Of a stretch of 30,717 bases of DNA, positions 1-7,995 are shown one piece after another. The position numbers and the translations under genes were made by a program. The stretch comes from a virus (Duplodnaviria; Caudoviricetes), in IMG/VR virus record IMGVR_UViG_3300032225_001439, positions 1-30,717 of that record. One strand, written 5' to 3'. The number at the start of each line of letters is the position of its first letter. Position 1 is the first letter of the stretch. The notes under the pieces are model-generated. The model was not told the origin of the DNA and ran no database searches. It saw nothing but the letters and a program-made list of their open reading frames with translations.

Positions 1-135
1 AGTGATTTGTTTTCAGCAAACGTGGCGCTGACCATCTCCACCAACACCACGGGCCAGCAGCGCACCGGCACCGTAACAGTACCCTGCGGTACCTCTGGAG
101 TATCCACATGGACGGTGATACAGCAGCCACAGTGA
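1..135 (+). CDS. 3' end of a gene truncated by the window edge; BACON-like (Ig-like) domain, likely fibre/adhesin
   Basis: Frame 1 is open from base 1: SDLFSANVALTISTNTTGQQRTGTVTVPCGTSGVSTWTVIQQPQ*, matching the BACON pattern N-x4/5-R-x-G-x-V-x-V...TVxQ; TGA 133-135 overlaps the next ATG. Confidence 0.6.
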   Translation, partial: SDLFSANVALTISTNTTGQQRTGTVTVPCGTSGVSTWTVIQQPQ

Positions 136-599
136 TGTGCACGTTTCCGGCAGACACGCTGCGCTGCGAGCGCTGCGGGTATGTTGCCAAGCGCGTGAAT
201 ACGTTTCGGCTCTGCCGCACACTGCCGGAAATGGCGGTGCAATATGCCACCGAGCAGCACCAGCAGCGCATCAAGGTGCCACCGCTGCGCATTGGCAGTG
301 CCATCAGTGCTGGCCTGTCTGCGGTGGGCATCACACCTGAGCGCGTGAGCGCCGCCACGGGCAAGGATTGCGGGTGCAAGCAACGCGCCAACGCGCTGGA
401 TGCCGCAGGGGCCACCGTGAGCAAAGTGGTGGAGCGCGCGGCCAACGCTGTTGCCAATGCGCTTTTCCCGTCCCAGGTTGACCCTGCGGATGTGGCCGAT
501 ATGACCGCAGCATTGGAGGCCAGCGATGCCATCAACCCCGGTCTGCAAGCTCGGCACACGGAGGAGCCCAGTGGCAAAACGGAAAACGCTGGCGGATAG
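135..599 (+). CDS. Hypothetical phage protein with CxxC and CGC motifs
   Basis: ATG 135 coupled to upstream stop (TGATG); CERCG and GITPERV...DCGCKQRANALD motifs. Confidence 0.65.
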   Translation: MCTFPADTLRCERCGYVAKRVNTFRLCRTLPEMAVQYATEQHQQRIKVPPLRIGSAISAGLSAVGITPERVSAATGKDCGCKQRANALDAAGATVSKVVERAANAVANALFPSQVDPADVADMTAALEASDAINPGLQARHTEEPSGKTENAGG

Positions 600-831
600 G
601 GTCGCCGCGGCTGTGCCCGAGGCGGCGCGCCCGCGCTCCATCCCGTGGCACGCGCGGCTGAGCCCCGAGCAGCGCGAGCAGCTCGGCATCATCCGCACTC
701 AATTCCAGGCAGGCCACTATGGAGCCAGTGCCATGGCGGTGGCCCGTGCCATTTCCAGCGTTGCCAAACAGGATGGATGGGCCACACCAACCACCAAGGA
801 AATCGCGGCATGGCTACGAAAATCAGACTGA
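571..831 (+). CDS. Small hypothetical protein
   Basis: GTG 571 preceded by GGAGGAG; MAKRKTLADRV...; overlaps neighbours. Confidence 0.65.
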   Translation: MAKRKTLADRVAAAVPEAARPRSIPWHARLSPEQREQLGIIRTQFQAGHYGASAMAVARAISSVAKQDGWATPTTKEIAAWLRKSD

Positions 832-1742
832 GCCAGGCGGTGCAGGAGGTGCTGGCTGCCGGTGACGGCACACGCTCCATGGTTGAGGCAATCGTGCGCG
901 GGGCATCGCGCCAGCTGCGGCATCGGCCTCGGGCCCGGCAGCCGCTGCGAAAACATCTCGGCACCCACCAGCTCCTGGTGGTGGCAGACACCCATTTCGG
1001 AAAATACGCATGGGCCAAATCCACCGGGGAAACGGATTATGACCTCACGATAGCATCAGAGTTGGTGACCGCTGCGGCGGGCCAACTTATCGATGAGGGT
1101 CAACGGTGTTTTCGGCCATCGCGCCGCACCGTGGCGTTTCTGGGTGATTTGTTTCACTACGATTCCCCAGCTGGCACCACCACGGGGGGCACTGCTCTGG
1201 ACCGGGATGGCCGGTTGCAAAAAATGATCGAGGTGGGTGCGGATGCGCTGCTCGGCATCGTGGAGCGCTCTGCCGAAAGCTGCCGCACCGATGTGGTGAT
1301 TGTGAATGGCAACCATGATGAGGCGCTCACCTGGGCATTTCAGCGCGTGCTGGTGGAACGGTTCGCGCGGGATGCTCGGGTGTCGGTGTCCGGTGCGTAC
1401 ACCTCCAGGCAATATATCACGCACGGTGGCAATCTGATTGGCCTGGCCCACGGGCACCGCGCCAAAAAACGGCTGCCGCAGGTGATGGCCCTGGAGGCTG
1501 CTGCCGCGTGGGGCCAGGCAACCTACCGTGAGATTCACACCGGGCACCTCCACTCACGCGCGGCAGAGTGGTCAAGGCCCATCGACACCATCGACGGTGT
1601 GACGGTGCGGGTGAGCCCGGCGCTCTGCCCGGCGGATGAGTGGCACGCGCAGATGGGATTTGTTCACACACCCCGCGCTATGGAATCGTTTTTCTACAGG
1701 CAGGCTGGCGGATTGCTGGGGATGCTGGCAGCTGGCCCGTGA
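810..1742 (+). CDS. Calcineurin-like metallophosphoesterase
   Basis: Motifs ADTHFG, LGDLFH, NGNHD, AHGH and TGHLH in canonical order; ATG 810 follows AAGGA. Confidence 0.85.
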   Translation: MATKIRLSQAVQEVLAAGDGTRSMVEAIVRGASRQLRHRPRARQPLRKHLGTHQLLVVADTHFGKYAWAKSTGETDYDLTIASELVTAAAGQLIDEGQRCFRPSRRTVAFLGDLFHYDSPAGTTTGGTALDRDGRLQKMIEVGADALLGIVERSAESCRTDVVIVNGNHDEALTWAFQRVLVERFARDARVSVSGAYTSRQYITHGGNLIGLAHGHRAKKRLPQVMALEAAAAWGQATYREIHTGHLHSRAAEWSRPIDTIDGVTVRVSPALCPADEWHAQMGFVHTPRAMESFFYRQAGGLLGMLAAGP

Positions 1743-1751
1743 GGAGGAGCA

Positions 1752-1919
1752 TTGACACCCGAGGAAATTAGTAGGGCATGGCTGCTAGTGAATAAGTACG
1801 GGCCAGCCAACAGTTGGACGGCAGCCAACGGCACGCTGGCGGCGGCGCTCGGCAGGGCACTGCGGGAAATTGAGCGCCTCAAAGGCGACACCGACAAACC
1901 GATGAGGGTGGAAACGTGA
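1752..1919 (+). CDS. 55-aa hypothetical protein (not in the ORF track)
   Basis: GAGGAGGAG then TTG 1752; MTPEEISRAWLLVNKYGPANSWTAANGTLAAALGRALREIERLKG...; TGA overlaps GTG 1916; fills the gap exactly. Confidence 0.65.
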   Translation: MTPEEISRAWLLVNKYGPANSWTAANGTLAAALGRALREIERLKGDTDKPMRVET

Positions 1920-2317
1920 GGCATGATTTCACGCCAGTGGGTGCCAGCCATTCACCGGAGCAGCTGGATGCCATCTGGGGTGCAATCAAGGGGCGCAGGT
2001 CTGAGAGCCTCCAGGCGGCAAGCCAGGCTGAGCCAGCCGGTGATGCGCCAGCGGTGCGGATGCTGCTGGATTCTGTGGAGGCCACCCGTGACCGGCGCGC
2101 GAAGTATGGCGCACCGGGTGAGCATTTCGCGCGCACCGTGGGGCTGATAAACGCAGCGCTCGGGCACAAACTGCGTGAGCCATTGGTTCCATCCGATTGG
2201 GCCACAATTATGATTCTTGACAAAGTGGCGCGAGACCAGGGCCCCAATCCGGTGCCCGATAATATGGTGGACTGCGCCGGGTACGCAGCCTGCAAATCAG
2301 AGCTGGACGCTGGCTAG
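1916..2317 (+). CDS. DUF6378-like phage protein
   Basis: DRRAKYGAPGEHF...MILDKVAR...DNMVDCAGYAA pattern typical of this family. Confidence 0.7.
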   Translation: MRHDFTPVGASHSPEQLDAIWGAIKGRRSESLQAASQAEPAGDAPAVRMLLDSVEATRDRRAKYGAPGEHFARTVGLINAALGHKLREPLVPSDWATIMILDKVARDQGPNPVPDNMVDCAGYAACKSELDAG

Positions 2318-2344
2318 AAAACAGCGTTTTTCCCGGGGATTCTG

Positions 2345-2384
2345 GCACCCTCGAGCCTACCTGCACACCCGTATACTAAAGGTG
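2345..2384 (+). promoter_or_regulatory. Candidate late promoter (TATACT -10-like box within the GTAYACT-N1-2-AGGT motif)
   Basis: GTATACTAAAGGTG at 2371-2384 in an intergenic gap ahead of AGGAG and GTG 2403; similar motifs at 20406 and 29211. Confidence 0.5.
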
Positions 2385-2402
2385 TACCAGGAGCGTTTTC
2401 CG

Positions 2403-2639
2403 GTGATACAGCGGCGCACACAGGACCGGCACTACAGGCACTCCGCGCGGGGTCGTGAGCCCCTGGCTGCACCTGGCCAGGGCGGTGACCACGTTCACTA
2501 CCAGCCCACCACAAAGGCTGGTATCGGCTGCATCACCTCGCGCCCGCAAACCACGCACACATTTTTTGAGCTGCTGGCGTTTGAGCTGGGATGCACGGTG
2601 ACGGCAGCCAAGCGTGCCTATGAGGAGGGGCTGATATGA
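2403..2639 (+). CDS. Hypothetical protein
   Basis: AGGAG then GTG 2403 in the frame of ORF 2217..2639; ATGA overlap with next gene. Start uncertain. Confidence 0.55.
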   Translation: MIQRRTQDRHYRHSARGREPLAAPGQGGDHVHYQPTTKAGIGCITSRPQTTHTFFELLAFELGCTVTAAKRAYEEGLI

Positions 2640-2980
2640 GCGCGCCACAGGATTTTGCGGCAGCCATGGCTGCCTATCTGGAGCGGGCCAAGCAGGAGGC
2701 TGCGGGCGGGCTCACGCTGGCTGAGCTGGGTGACCTGCTCACCGGCGCGGTGGCCCTCGGGGTGCAACTGGCCGAGGCCCTCGGCAACCCCGGGCCCGAG
2801 AAAAAGGCCATCGTGTTGGCTGCCGTGGGCGCTGTGTTTGATGGCCTGGCTGACCTGGCCATCCCGTTCTATCTGCAGCCGGTGTGGCTGCTGGTCAAAC
2901 CTGCCGCGCGGGCCATCGTGCTGGCAATCTGCTCCGGTGCCATCGAACGCATCATCCCCCTGGTGAGAGCTGCCGCATGA
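2636..2980 (+). CDS. Hydrophobic small protein, possible holin-like
   Basis: Amphipathic/hydrophobic helices and GPEKKAIVL motif; coupled to both neighbours. Confidence 0.6.
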   Translation: MSAPQDFAAAMAAYLERAKQEAAGGLTLAELGDLLTGAVALGVQLAEALGNPGPEKKAIVLAAVGAVFDGLADLAIPFYLQPVWLLVKPAARAIVLAICSGAIERIIPLVRAAA

Positions 2981-3246
2981 TTACGTTTTTCCTGTTGTCC
3001 GCAGCTGCCGCGCTGATTCTGTGGCCAAAGTTTGGCACCGTGCCAGCGCCCATCCCGGCGCTGCCGCAGCCGCAGCCAGCCGCGCCAAAGCCGCAGCGTG
3101 CCCCCACCTACCATGAGGCACTGCTGGCGCTCTCCACGGTGCGCGGCAGGCTCCTGGCCACCAGCTCAGAGGGTGTGGATACCGAGTCTGCAAAGGCGAT
3201 TGACACGCTGACGCTCAGCCTGGTGCATGGGAGTGACCAGCCATGA
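2977..3246 (+). CDS. Membrane-anchored Pro-rich hypothetical protein
   Basis: ATG 2977 (ATGA overlap); N-terminal MITFFLLSAAAALILWP then a Pro-rich linker. Confidence 0.65.
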   Translation: MITFFLLSAAAALILWPKFGTVPAPIPALPQPQPAAPKPQRAPTYHEALLALSTVRGRLLATSSEGVDTESAKAIDTLTLSLVHGSDQP

Positions 3247-3680
3247 GGTATGCCGCCGCAGCTGCGTTGGTGGGTGTGGCCCTGGTGGTGGGCCTCAGTG
3301 CCCGGCCCTCCCCTGCCCCGGCCCCCGAGGGGCTCAGCCTGGCTGGCCTGTTCACAGGCGGCACGGCGGGGGATGACGCGCTGCTGCTCTCGGCACTCAC
3401 TGGTGAGCTGGCGGCGGTGATTGAGTGGGATGGCAAGCAGAAACAGCCGAGGCTTACCAGCGGTGTTGCACTGGATGAGCTGCGGACCACGGCGCGTGAA
3501 ATTCGGATGCGTGGCGTGAGCCTCGGGGAGCGCCAGCCACGGGTGCGAGATGCGGTGGCCAACTATCTGCAGCAGCAGGTTGGCACAGATGGGGGACCGC
3601 TGACACCAGAGCAGCGCGCCAAGTGGGTGGCAGCATTTCGCGCGATTGAGGGGGCTGCTGCTCATGCTGCGGGCAAATAA
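3243..3680 (+). CDS. Exported/membrane-anchored hypothetical protein
   Basis: MRYAAAAALVGVALVVGL signal/TM segment, PSPAPAP linker, helical domain. Confidence 0.7.
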   Translation: MRYAAAAALVGVALVVGLSARPSPAPAPEGLSLAGLFTGGTAGDDALLLSALTGELAAVIEWDGKQKQPRLTSGVALDELRTTAREIRMRGVSLGERQPRVRDAVANYLQQQVGTDGGPLTPEQRAKWVAAFRAIEGAAAHAAGK

Positions 3681-4728
3681 ATCAATGACGCTGCGCCTGG
3701 CTGGCGCGGCGCTGCTGCTGTGTCTGGCGCTCTATGCAGCTGCGGTGCAGCGGTCACCGGCAGCCCGTTCCAACTTTGGCTATATCCCAAACCCAGCTGC
3801 CACGCGCGAGTTTTTGACTGAGCTGGAGCAGCCGCTGTTTGCGCAGGCTGCCGGTGAGGTGATCGCCCAGGCAAAGGGGCAGGATACGTTTCTGTGGCGC
3901 TTTGCCGACAAAGCCCACCGGCAGGTGTATGGCACACCGTTTGGTCCATGGACGCAGGCTATTGGGGACTGCACCAGCTTTGGCTGGGGCATGGCGTGCT
4001 ATGTGGCGCTGGCCACGGATTGGGTGACGGGCCAGGTGCCAGAGCCTCCGCGCTTGGTCAGCCCAGAGGCAATTTATGGGGGCAGCCGTTGTGAGGCGCG
4101 CGGGGTGAGTTTCGCGGGGTGGAGCGATGGAAGCTATGGCGCTGCGTGTGCCCGCTGGTGCAGCGGTCTAAAAAACGGCACGGGTGGCGTGCTGTTTCGC
4201 CAGCCATACCCTGGCCTGGTGGACCTCACCACCTACTCAGGGCAGCGCGCCAAAGATTGGGGAGCGTATGGCTGCGGTGGCAAATCGGATGGCGGGCAGC
4301 TGGATAAGCTGGCAAACGAACATCCAGCCATGGGTGTGGCCCTCATCAAAAATTTCGATGAGGCGCGGGCCAGCCTGGAGAGTGGCATACCCATAGCGGT
4401 GTGTGGCTCACTTGGGTTTTCATCCACGCGGGATGCCGATGGTTTCGCCGCGCGCTCGGGCTCATGGGCCCACTGCCAGTGTCTGATTGCGTGCCGCTAC
4501 GCAGACGGGCCAGGCAAGCGCGATGGTGTTTGCGTCATCAATAGCTGGGGCAGCAGCTGGCAAGGCGGCGGCAAGTGGCCAGCTGACCAGCCAGATGGAA
4601 GCTATTGGATTACGCGCGAGGATTGCAACGCGCTCCTGGCCGGAAATGACAGTTTCGCGGTGGCCGGTGTTGGCGGCTGGCGCTATCGGGATTTGCGGCA
4701 TGACCAGTGGATGATGGAGCTGAAATGA
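3664..4728 (+). CDS. Papain-like (C1 family) cysteine peptidase with N-terminal signal/TM segment
   Basis: Q-x-IGDCTSFG (oxyanion Gln and catalytic Cys), SWAHC (His), VINSWG (Asn), DGSYWI. Start 3664 or 3685. Confidence 0.85.
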   Translation: MLRANKSMTLRLAGAALLLCLALYAAAVQRSPAARSNFGYIPNPAATREFLTELEQPLFAQAAGEVIAQAKGQDTFLWRFADKAHRQVYGTPFGPWTQAIGDCTSFGWGMACYVALATDWVTGQVPEPPRLVSPEAIYGGSRCEARGVSFAGWSDGSYGAACARWCSGLKNGTGGVLFRQPYPGLVDLTTYSGQRAKDWGAYGCGGKSDGGQLDKLANEHPAMGVALIKNFDEARASLESGIPIAVCGSLGFSSTRDADGFAARSGSWAHCQCLIACRYADGPGKRDGVCVINSWGSSWQGGGKWPADQPDGSYWITREDCNALLAGNDSFAVAGVGGWRYRDLRHDQWMMELK

Positions 4729-4988
4729 AAACGCAGACTCAAAACAAACACACGCTGTGGGTGTTGGTGTTGGCGCTCCTGGCTGGCTGGTGGTCAGCCG
4801 GGCGCGTGTTGCCAGACATTGCCCCACAGCCGCAGCCACTCCATGACCGGCCCATCCTCCGCGCGGTGGTGCGGCTGGCAAAAACGGCGCTCTGGATTGG
4901 CCTTTTTGCCGAGGGCCCGCCCGCTGATGCAGAGCAGCTGCACACGCAGACTCAAGAGGGTTTTGTCGCACATCACAGGGGGTGGTGA
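4725..4988 (+). CDS. Small membrane protein
   Basis: ATG 4725 (ATGA overlap); TLWVLVLALLAGWW hydrophobic segment and a second amphipathic helix. Confidence 0.65.
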   Translation: MKTQTQNKHTLWVLVLALLAGWWSAGRVLPDIAPQPQPLHDRPILRAVVRLAKTALWIGLFAEGPPADAEQLHTQTQEGFVAHHRGW

Positions 4989-5060
4989 ATGGCGCGCGCA
5001 CTGCTATGGGATTGGCTGGATGATGACGATGAGGATGGTGAGGATGAAACATTTCTGTGA
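4989..5060 (+). CDS. Possible 23-aa acidic micropeptide
   Basis: ATG directly after the upstream TGA; MARALLWDWLDDDDEDGEDETFL*; fills the gap. Confidence 0.4.
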   Translation: MARALLWDWLDDDDEDGEDETFL

Positions 5061-5069
5061 GGTGGCATC

Positions 5070-5354
5070 ATGACCTGGCTGCACCAGCTCCTGGTGGCGC
5101 TCTCGGTTGACCCGCACGCAGTGGCGCTGGAGCCAGCGCGGGCTTCGGCTGCGGTGGCGGCTGCCTACGCAGAGCAAGGCCAGGCAGCGCCAGCCCCCGC
5201 TCCCGCGCCCCCGGGCCCGGCACCCAAATGCTGTGGGCAATGCGTGAATGGTGTCATCACCTCGGGTGACGGGCTGCACCGTGGCCCGTGCCCCTGCCCG
5301 GCCACCTGCAAATGCAAGGCGGGCAAAACCTGCCCCACCGGGAAATGCCCGTGA
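5070..5354 (+). CDS. Hypothetical protein with Pro linker and Cys-rich C-terminus
   Basis: GAGGTGG before ATG 5070; KCCGQC...PCPCPATCKCK...CPTGKCP. Confidence 0.7.
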   Translation: MTWLHQLLVALSVDPHAVALEPARASAAVAAAYAEQGQAAPAPAPAPPGPAPKCCGQCVNGVITSGDGLHRGPCPCPATCKCKAGKTCPTGKCP

Positions 5355-5740
5355 GCGCTGAGCTGGAGCAGTTTTGCGCGGAGGTGTGCCGTGAAGTGGG
5401 GCAGCGCGCCAGCCTGGCTGGTGCCAAGCGCTCCACGGAAATCATTGAGCTGGTGCTGCAACATTGGCCTGCGTACCACCTCAAAGCCATCACGCAAATC
5501 AGCGCCCACCACGGGGCGCTCACGCACGCGCTCAAGCTCTCCAAATGCCAGGTGCGTGAGCATTATGAGGCGCGCCACGGGGTGGGCCCGCTGTGGGCCA
5601 TCCTGCTGGCTACGCTGTGCAACCAGGTGCAGATGGTGCTATTGGATCGGTGGTTCCGCGCCGATTTCAATCGGGCCCAGATGGCGCGGTTTGCGCGTGA
5701 GCTGGCCAAGCGCGAGCGGCCTAGCGCACCAGATGCGTGA
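5351..5740 (+). CDS. Hypothetical protein, last gene of the rightward block
   Basis: GTG 5351 overlaps the upstream TGA; converges on the leftward operon. Confidence 0.6.
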   Translation: MSAELEQFCAEVCREVGQRASLAGAKRSTEIIELVLQHWPAYHLKAITQISAHHGALTHALKLSKCQVREHYEARHGVGPLWAILLATLCNQVQMVLLDRWFRADFNRAQMARFARELAKRERPSAPDA

Positions 5741-5852
5741 GCGCATCAACCAAGGCCACCACTGCCCGGGCCAGCTGGCTATCAGTGCCCAGCTCCTGGC
5801 CAAGGCGCACCAGGAGGAGGGCCCGTAGCATGGCATCCCATTTCAGCTCCAC
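5721..5852 (-). CDS. 43-aa hypothetical protein
   Basis: GTG 5852 preceded by AGAGGAGG on the minus strand; MELKWDAMLRALLLVRLGQELG... Confidence 0.5.
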   Translation of the reverse strand: MELKWDAMLRALLLVRLGQELGTDSQLARAVVALVDALTHLVR

Positions 5853-6343
5853 TGCCGGGCCTCCTCTTGCATCAGCTCCACCAGGTGCGCCGGGAGCGCC
5901 GCCACGGGCACGCTCGGGGGCGTGAGCCACTCATAACGGCAGCCCGTGGGGTGGCAGCTCGGGGGCAGCACAGACTGTGCAGCGCGGCCACCCAGCCGCA
6001 GCTCCAGGGCACCGAGTTTGCGGGTGGCTGCCAGCGGCAGCCGGTCATCCCACCGAAACAACCGATGCACACCGCGCGCCGATTGCCAGGTGGGTGTGAC
6101 AACATCCAGCCCGAGGGCCTGCACCTCATCGGCACCCTCTGGCTCATCAAACTCCACATCAATGAGCCCCGAGGTGGGGCCCAAGAGCAGGCCCACGTTG
6201 CTGCCCTGCCGCAGCCACTGGCTGACCAGCTGGAGGCTCTGCGTGGCGCGGGTCTGCCAGGCGGCACCCAAGGGGCGCTTTTCCCCACGGGCCAGACGCA
6301 CCAGGTGTGCGCCATGATCGATGAGCTGCTGGAGGTGGTGCAT
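5843..6343 (-). CDS. Stand-alone bifunctional primase/polymerase (prim-pol) N-terminal domain
   Basis: GEKRP, NVGLLLG, IDVEFD, SARGVHRLF and SVLPPSCHPTG..YEW motifs; no helicase or PriCT domain. Confidence 0.8.
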   Translation of the reverse strand: MHHLQQLIDHGAHLVRLARGEKRPLGAAWQTRATQSLQLVSQWLRQGSNVGLLLGPTSGLIDVEFDEPEGADEVQALGLDVVTPTWQSARGVHRLFRWDDRLPLAATRKLGALELRLGGRAAQSVLPPSCHPTGCRYEWLTPPSVPVAALPAHLVELMQEEARQWS

Positions 6344-7203
6344 CAGATGGCCTCCTGGCTGCAGAGGGGCTTGGTGCCGAGCTGCTGCAGCGCTCGCATG
6401 TGCTGGCAGATGGCGGTGAGCGCCGCCGGGGGCTCAATCGTGGCACGCTCGGCACCCGTGCAGCTGGCGTGAATCTTGCCAGCAATGCGCCCAGCCAGGC
6501 GGGCAACGTGGCCTGGGCCCTCTGCTTTGTAGCGGCAGTGATTTACGGCAAGGTTGCAGCTATCACTGGAATCAAACGCATACAGGTGGGCCTGGCTCTG
6601 GGCACGCATCATGTGAATCCAGGGCATGACATAGCAGCCATCACTGTTGGCGCAGAAATCGGTCATGTATTGCATGGCCTCGGTGATGCGCGCGTGCCAC
6701 TCGGTGGTGCCCACCTTGGCAAACTCACCAGAGGAGCCAATCGCAATAAACGAAAACCCGCTTTCGATGAGGTAGGCAAGGCGCTCCAGGCTCTCATGCA
6801 TGTGCCACACCACCATGCAGCGCTCAAACGGCACGGCCACACCCAGCTCCAGGCCCGCACCAAAACAAAAATCCTGCATGAGCGCGTTGTTTTCTTCCTC
6901 GGTGCCATCGATGACATCGGGCACCACCACCACTGCCTGCGGGCACTGGTCCATGATGGGCATGGCCCACTGCAGAAACGCATCCCAATACCCCTGCGCG
7001 TTGGAGGCACCCGAGCGCCATGCCGTGAAAGCGCCATTATCAATCATGAGGATGCCATCATCGGCCACCAGGTCAATCGCCTGGCTGAGCTGCGTGCCAA
7101 GTTTGGCACGGGTGGCATAGCTGATGCAGAAACTGTTGCCACCAACCTCACTGAGGAGGTTGATGGGTGTGATGGGCAGACCGTAAACAACGCGCTTTTT
7201 CAT
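6343..7203 (-). CDS. TGT-superfamily (queuine tRNA-ribosyltransferase/DpdA-like) protein
   Basis: IDNGAFT, VPDVI, VVWH, IAIGSS, IHMMR and FDSSDS correspond in order to TGT-fold motifs with the three conserved Asp; ATG 7203 after AGGAG. Confidence 0.7.
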   Translation of the reverse strand: MKKRVVYGLPITPINLLSEVGGNSFCISYATRAKLGTQLSQAIDLVADDGILMIDNGAFTAWRSGASNAQGYWDAFLQWAMPIMDQCPQAVVVVPDVIDGTEEENNALMQDFCFGAGLELGVAVPFERCMVVWHMHESLERLAYLIESGFSFIAIGSSGEFAKVGTTEWHARITEAMQYMTDFCANSDGCYVMPWIHMMRAQSQAHLYAFDSSDSCNLAVNHCRYKAEGPGHVARLAGRIAGKIHASCTGAERATIEPPAALTAICQHMRALQQLGTKPLCSQEAI

Positions 7204-7294
7204 GGCATGGCTCCTGTGGTTTGAAATGTGTTTTGAAATGCCACCCGTTTCGCAGCTGTCGGCAGGCCGGGTGGCCCCACCCATTTGGAGGCGG

Positions 7295-7594
7295 TCACAG
7301 AGCGGCAATGAAAGCCTGGCTAACGCCACTGATGTTCATGGTGAAACATCCGTGCAGCATTGCCGAGTATCCACCGACGCCCGAGCCATCAGTGCCCCAC
7401 ATACTGCCGCCACGCGCCTTGACCAGAGAGAGGATGCCGTAGTATTCGCCATCCAGCTTGACGAATTCTTCGCGGCTGTTGGGCGTGAAATGCTTGGTGA
7501 TGGTCACAATGTTTTCACGGGCGCTGATTTTCCATCCAGCCTCACGGGCGGCGGCAGCGAATTTGGCGGCGGCAATCTTTGTCGAAGTATTCAT
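7295..7594 (-). CDS. 99-aa hypothetical phage protein
   Basis: MNTSTKIAAAKF...GGSMWGTDGSGVGG...; first gene after the promoter at 7649-7678. Confidence 0.7.
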   Translation of the reverse strand: MNTSTKIAAAKFAAAAREAGWKISARENIVTITKHFTPNSREEFVKLDGEYYGILSLVKARGGSMWGTDGSGVGGYSAMLHGCFTMNISGVSQAFIAAL

Positions 7595-7649
7595 CGTTTG
7601 GTTTCCCGGTTTGCTGTTTCCCGCAAGTCTCATTTGCCTGCGTGTGACC

Positions 7650-7678
7650 AATATAGCCATTCGGCAATACTGGTGCAA
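7650..7678 (-). promoter_or_regulatory. Sigma70-type promoter for the leftward accessory operon
   Basis: Minus strand TTGCAC-17 nt-TATATT. Confidence 0.65.
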
Positions 7679-7978
7679 GGGGGTGAGAAATTCGGCGTTT
7701 CCAGGCAATTTCCCGGGCCAGACGCTACCGGGCCCTGCCCCGGGTGCGCTGTGTGGCAGCGCTGCGTGGCCTGCCAGCGCTCGGGTGTCGCTCATACGCA
7801 GCAGCTGCAGAGCGCAATACAAACCACTGCCCATCAATCTCAATGGCGGGCACGCGGCCAGCCTGGGCCTGCTGCCGCATCCAAAAACGTGACACGCTGG
7901 CCAGCTCTGCTGCTGTGCCGATGGTGACATAGAGGCTGGGGTCTATTTTTCCCATGCAGGGAGTATTGCCGAATGGCT
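7655..7978. repeat. Perfect 17-bp inverted repeat pair flanking the HTH gene
   Basis: AGCCATTCGGCAATACT at 7655-7671 and its exact reverse complement AGTATTGCCGAATGGCT at 7962-7978. Confidence 0.92.
7725..7955 (-). CDS. Excisionase/MerR-like helix-turn-helix protein
   Basis: YVTIGTAAELASVSRFWMRQQAQAGRVPAIEIDGQWFV fits the HTH_17 pattern; directly downstream of the integrase. Confidence 0.75.
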   Translation of the reverse strand: MGKIDPSLYVTIGTAAELASVSRFWMRQQAQAGRVPAIEIDGQWFVLRSAAAAYERHPSAGRPRSAATQRTRGRAR

Positions 7979-7990
7979 GCCGGTTGGCAA
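7962..7990 (-). promoter_or_regulatory. Candidate promoter for a leaderless HTH transcript
   Basis: Minus strand TTGCCA-17 nt-AATACT, 6 nt before ATG 7955; no SD. Confidence 0.45.
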
Positions 7991-7995
7991 GCGCC

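Noticed and set aside
7220-7240. TTTGAAATG direct repeat upstream of the TGT-like gene
   Set aside because: Only two short copies with no other occurrence noticed; may just be an unstructured translation enhancer.
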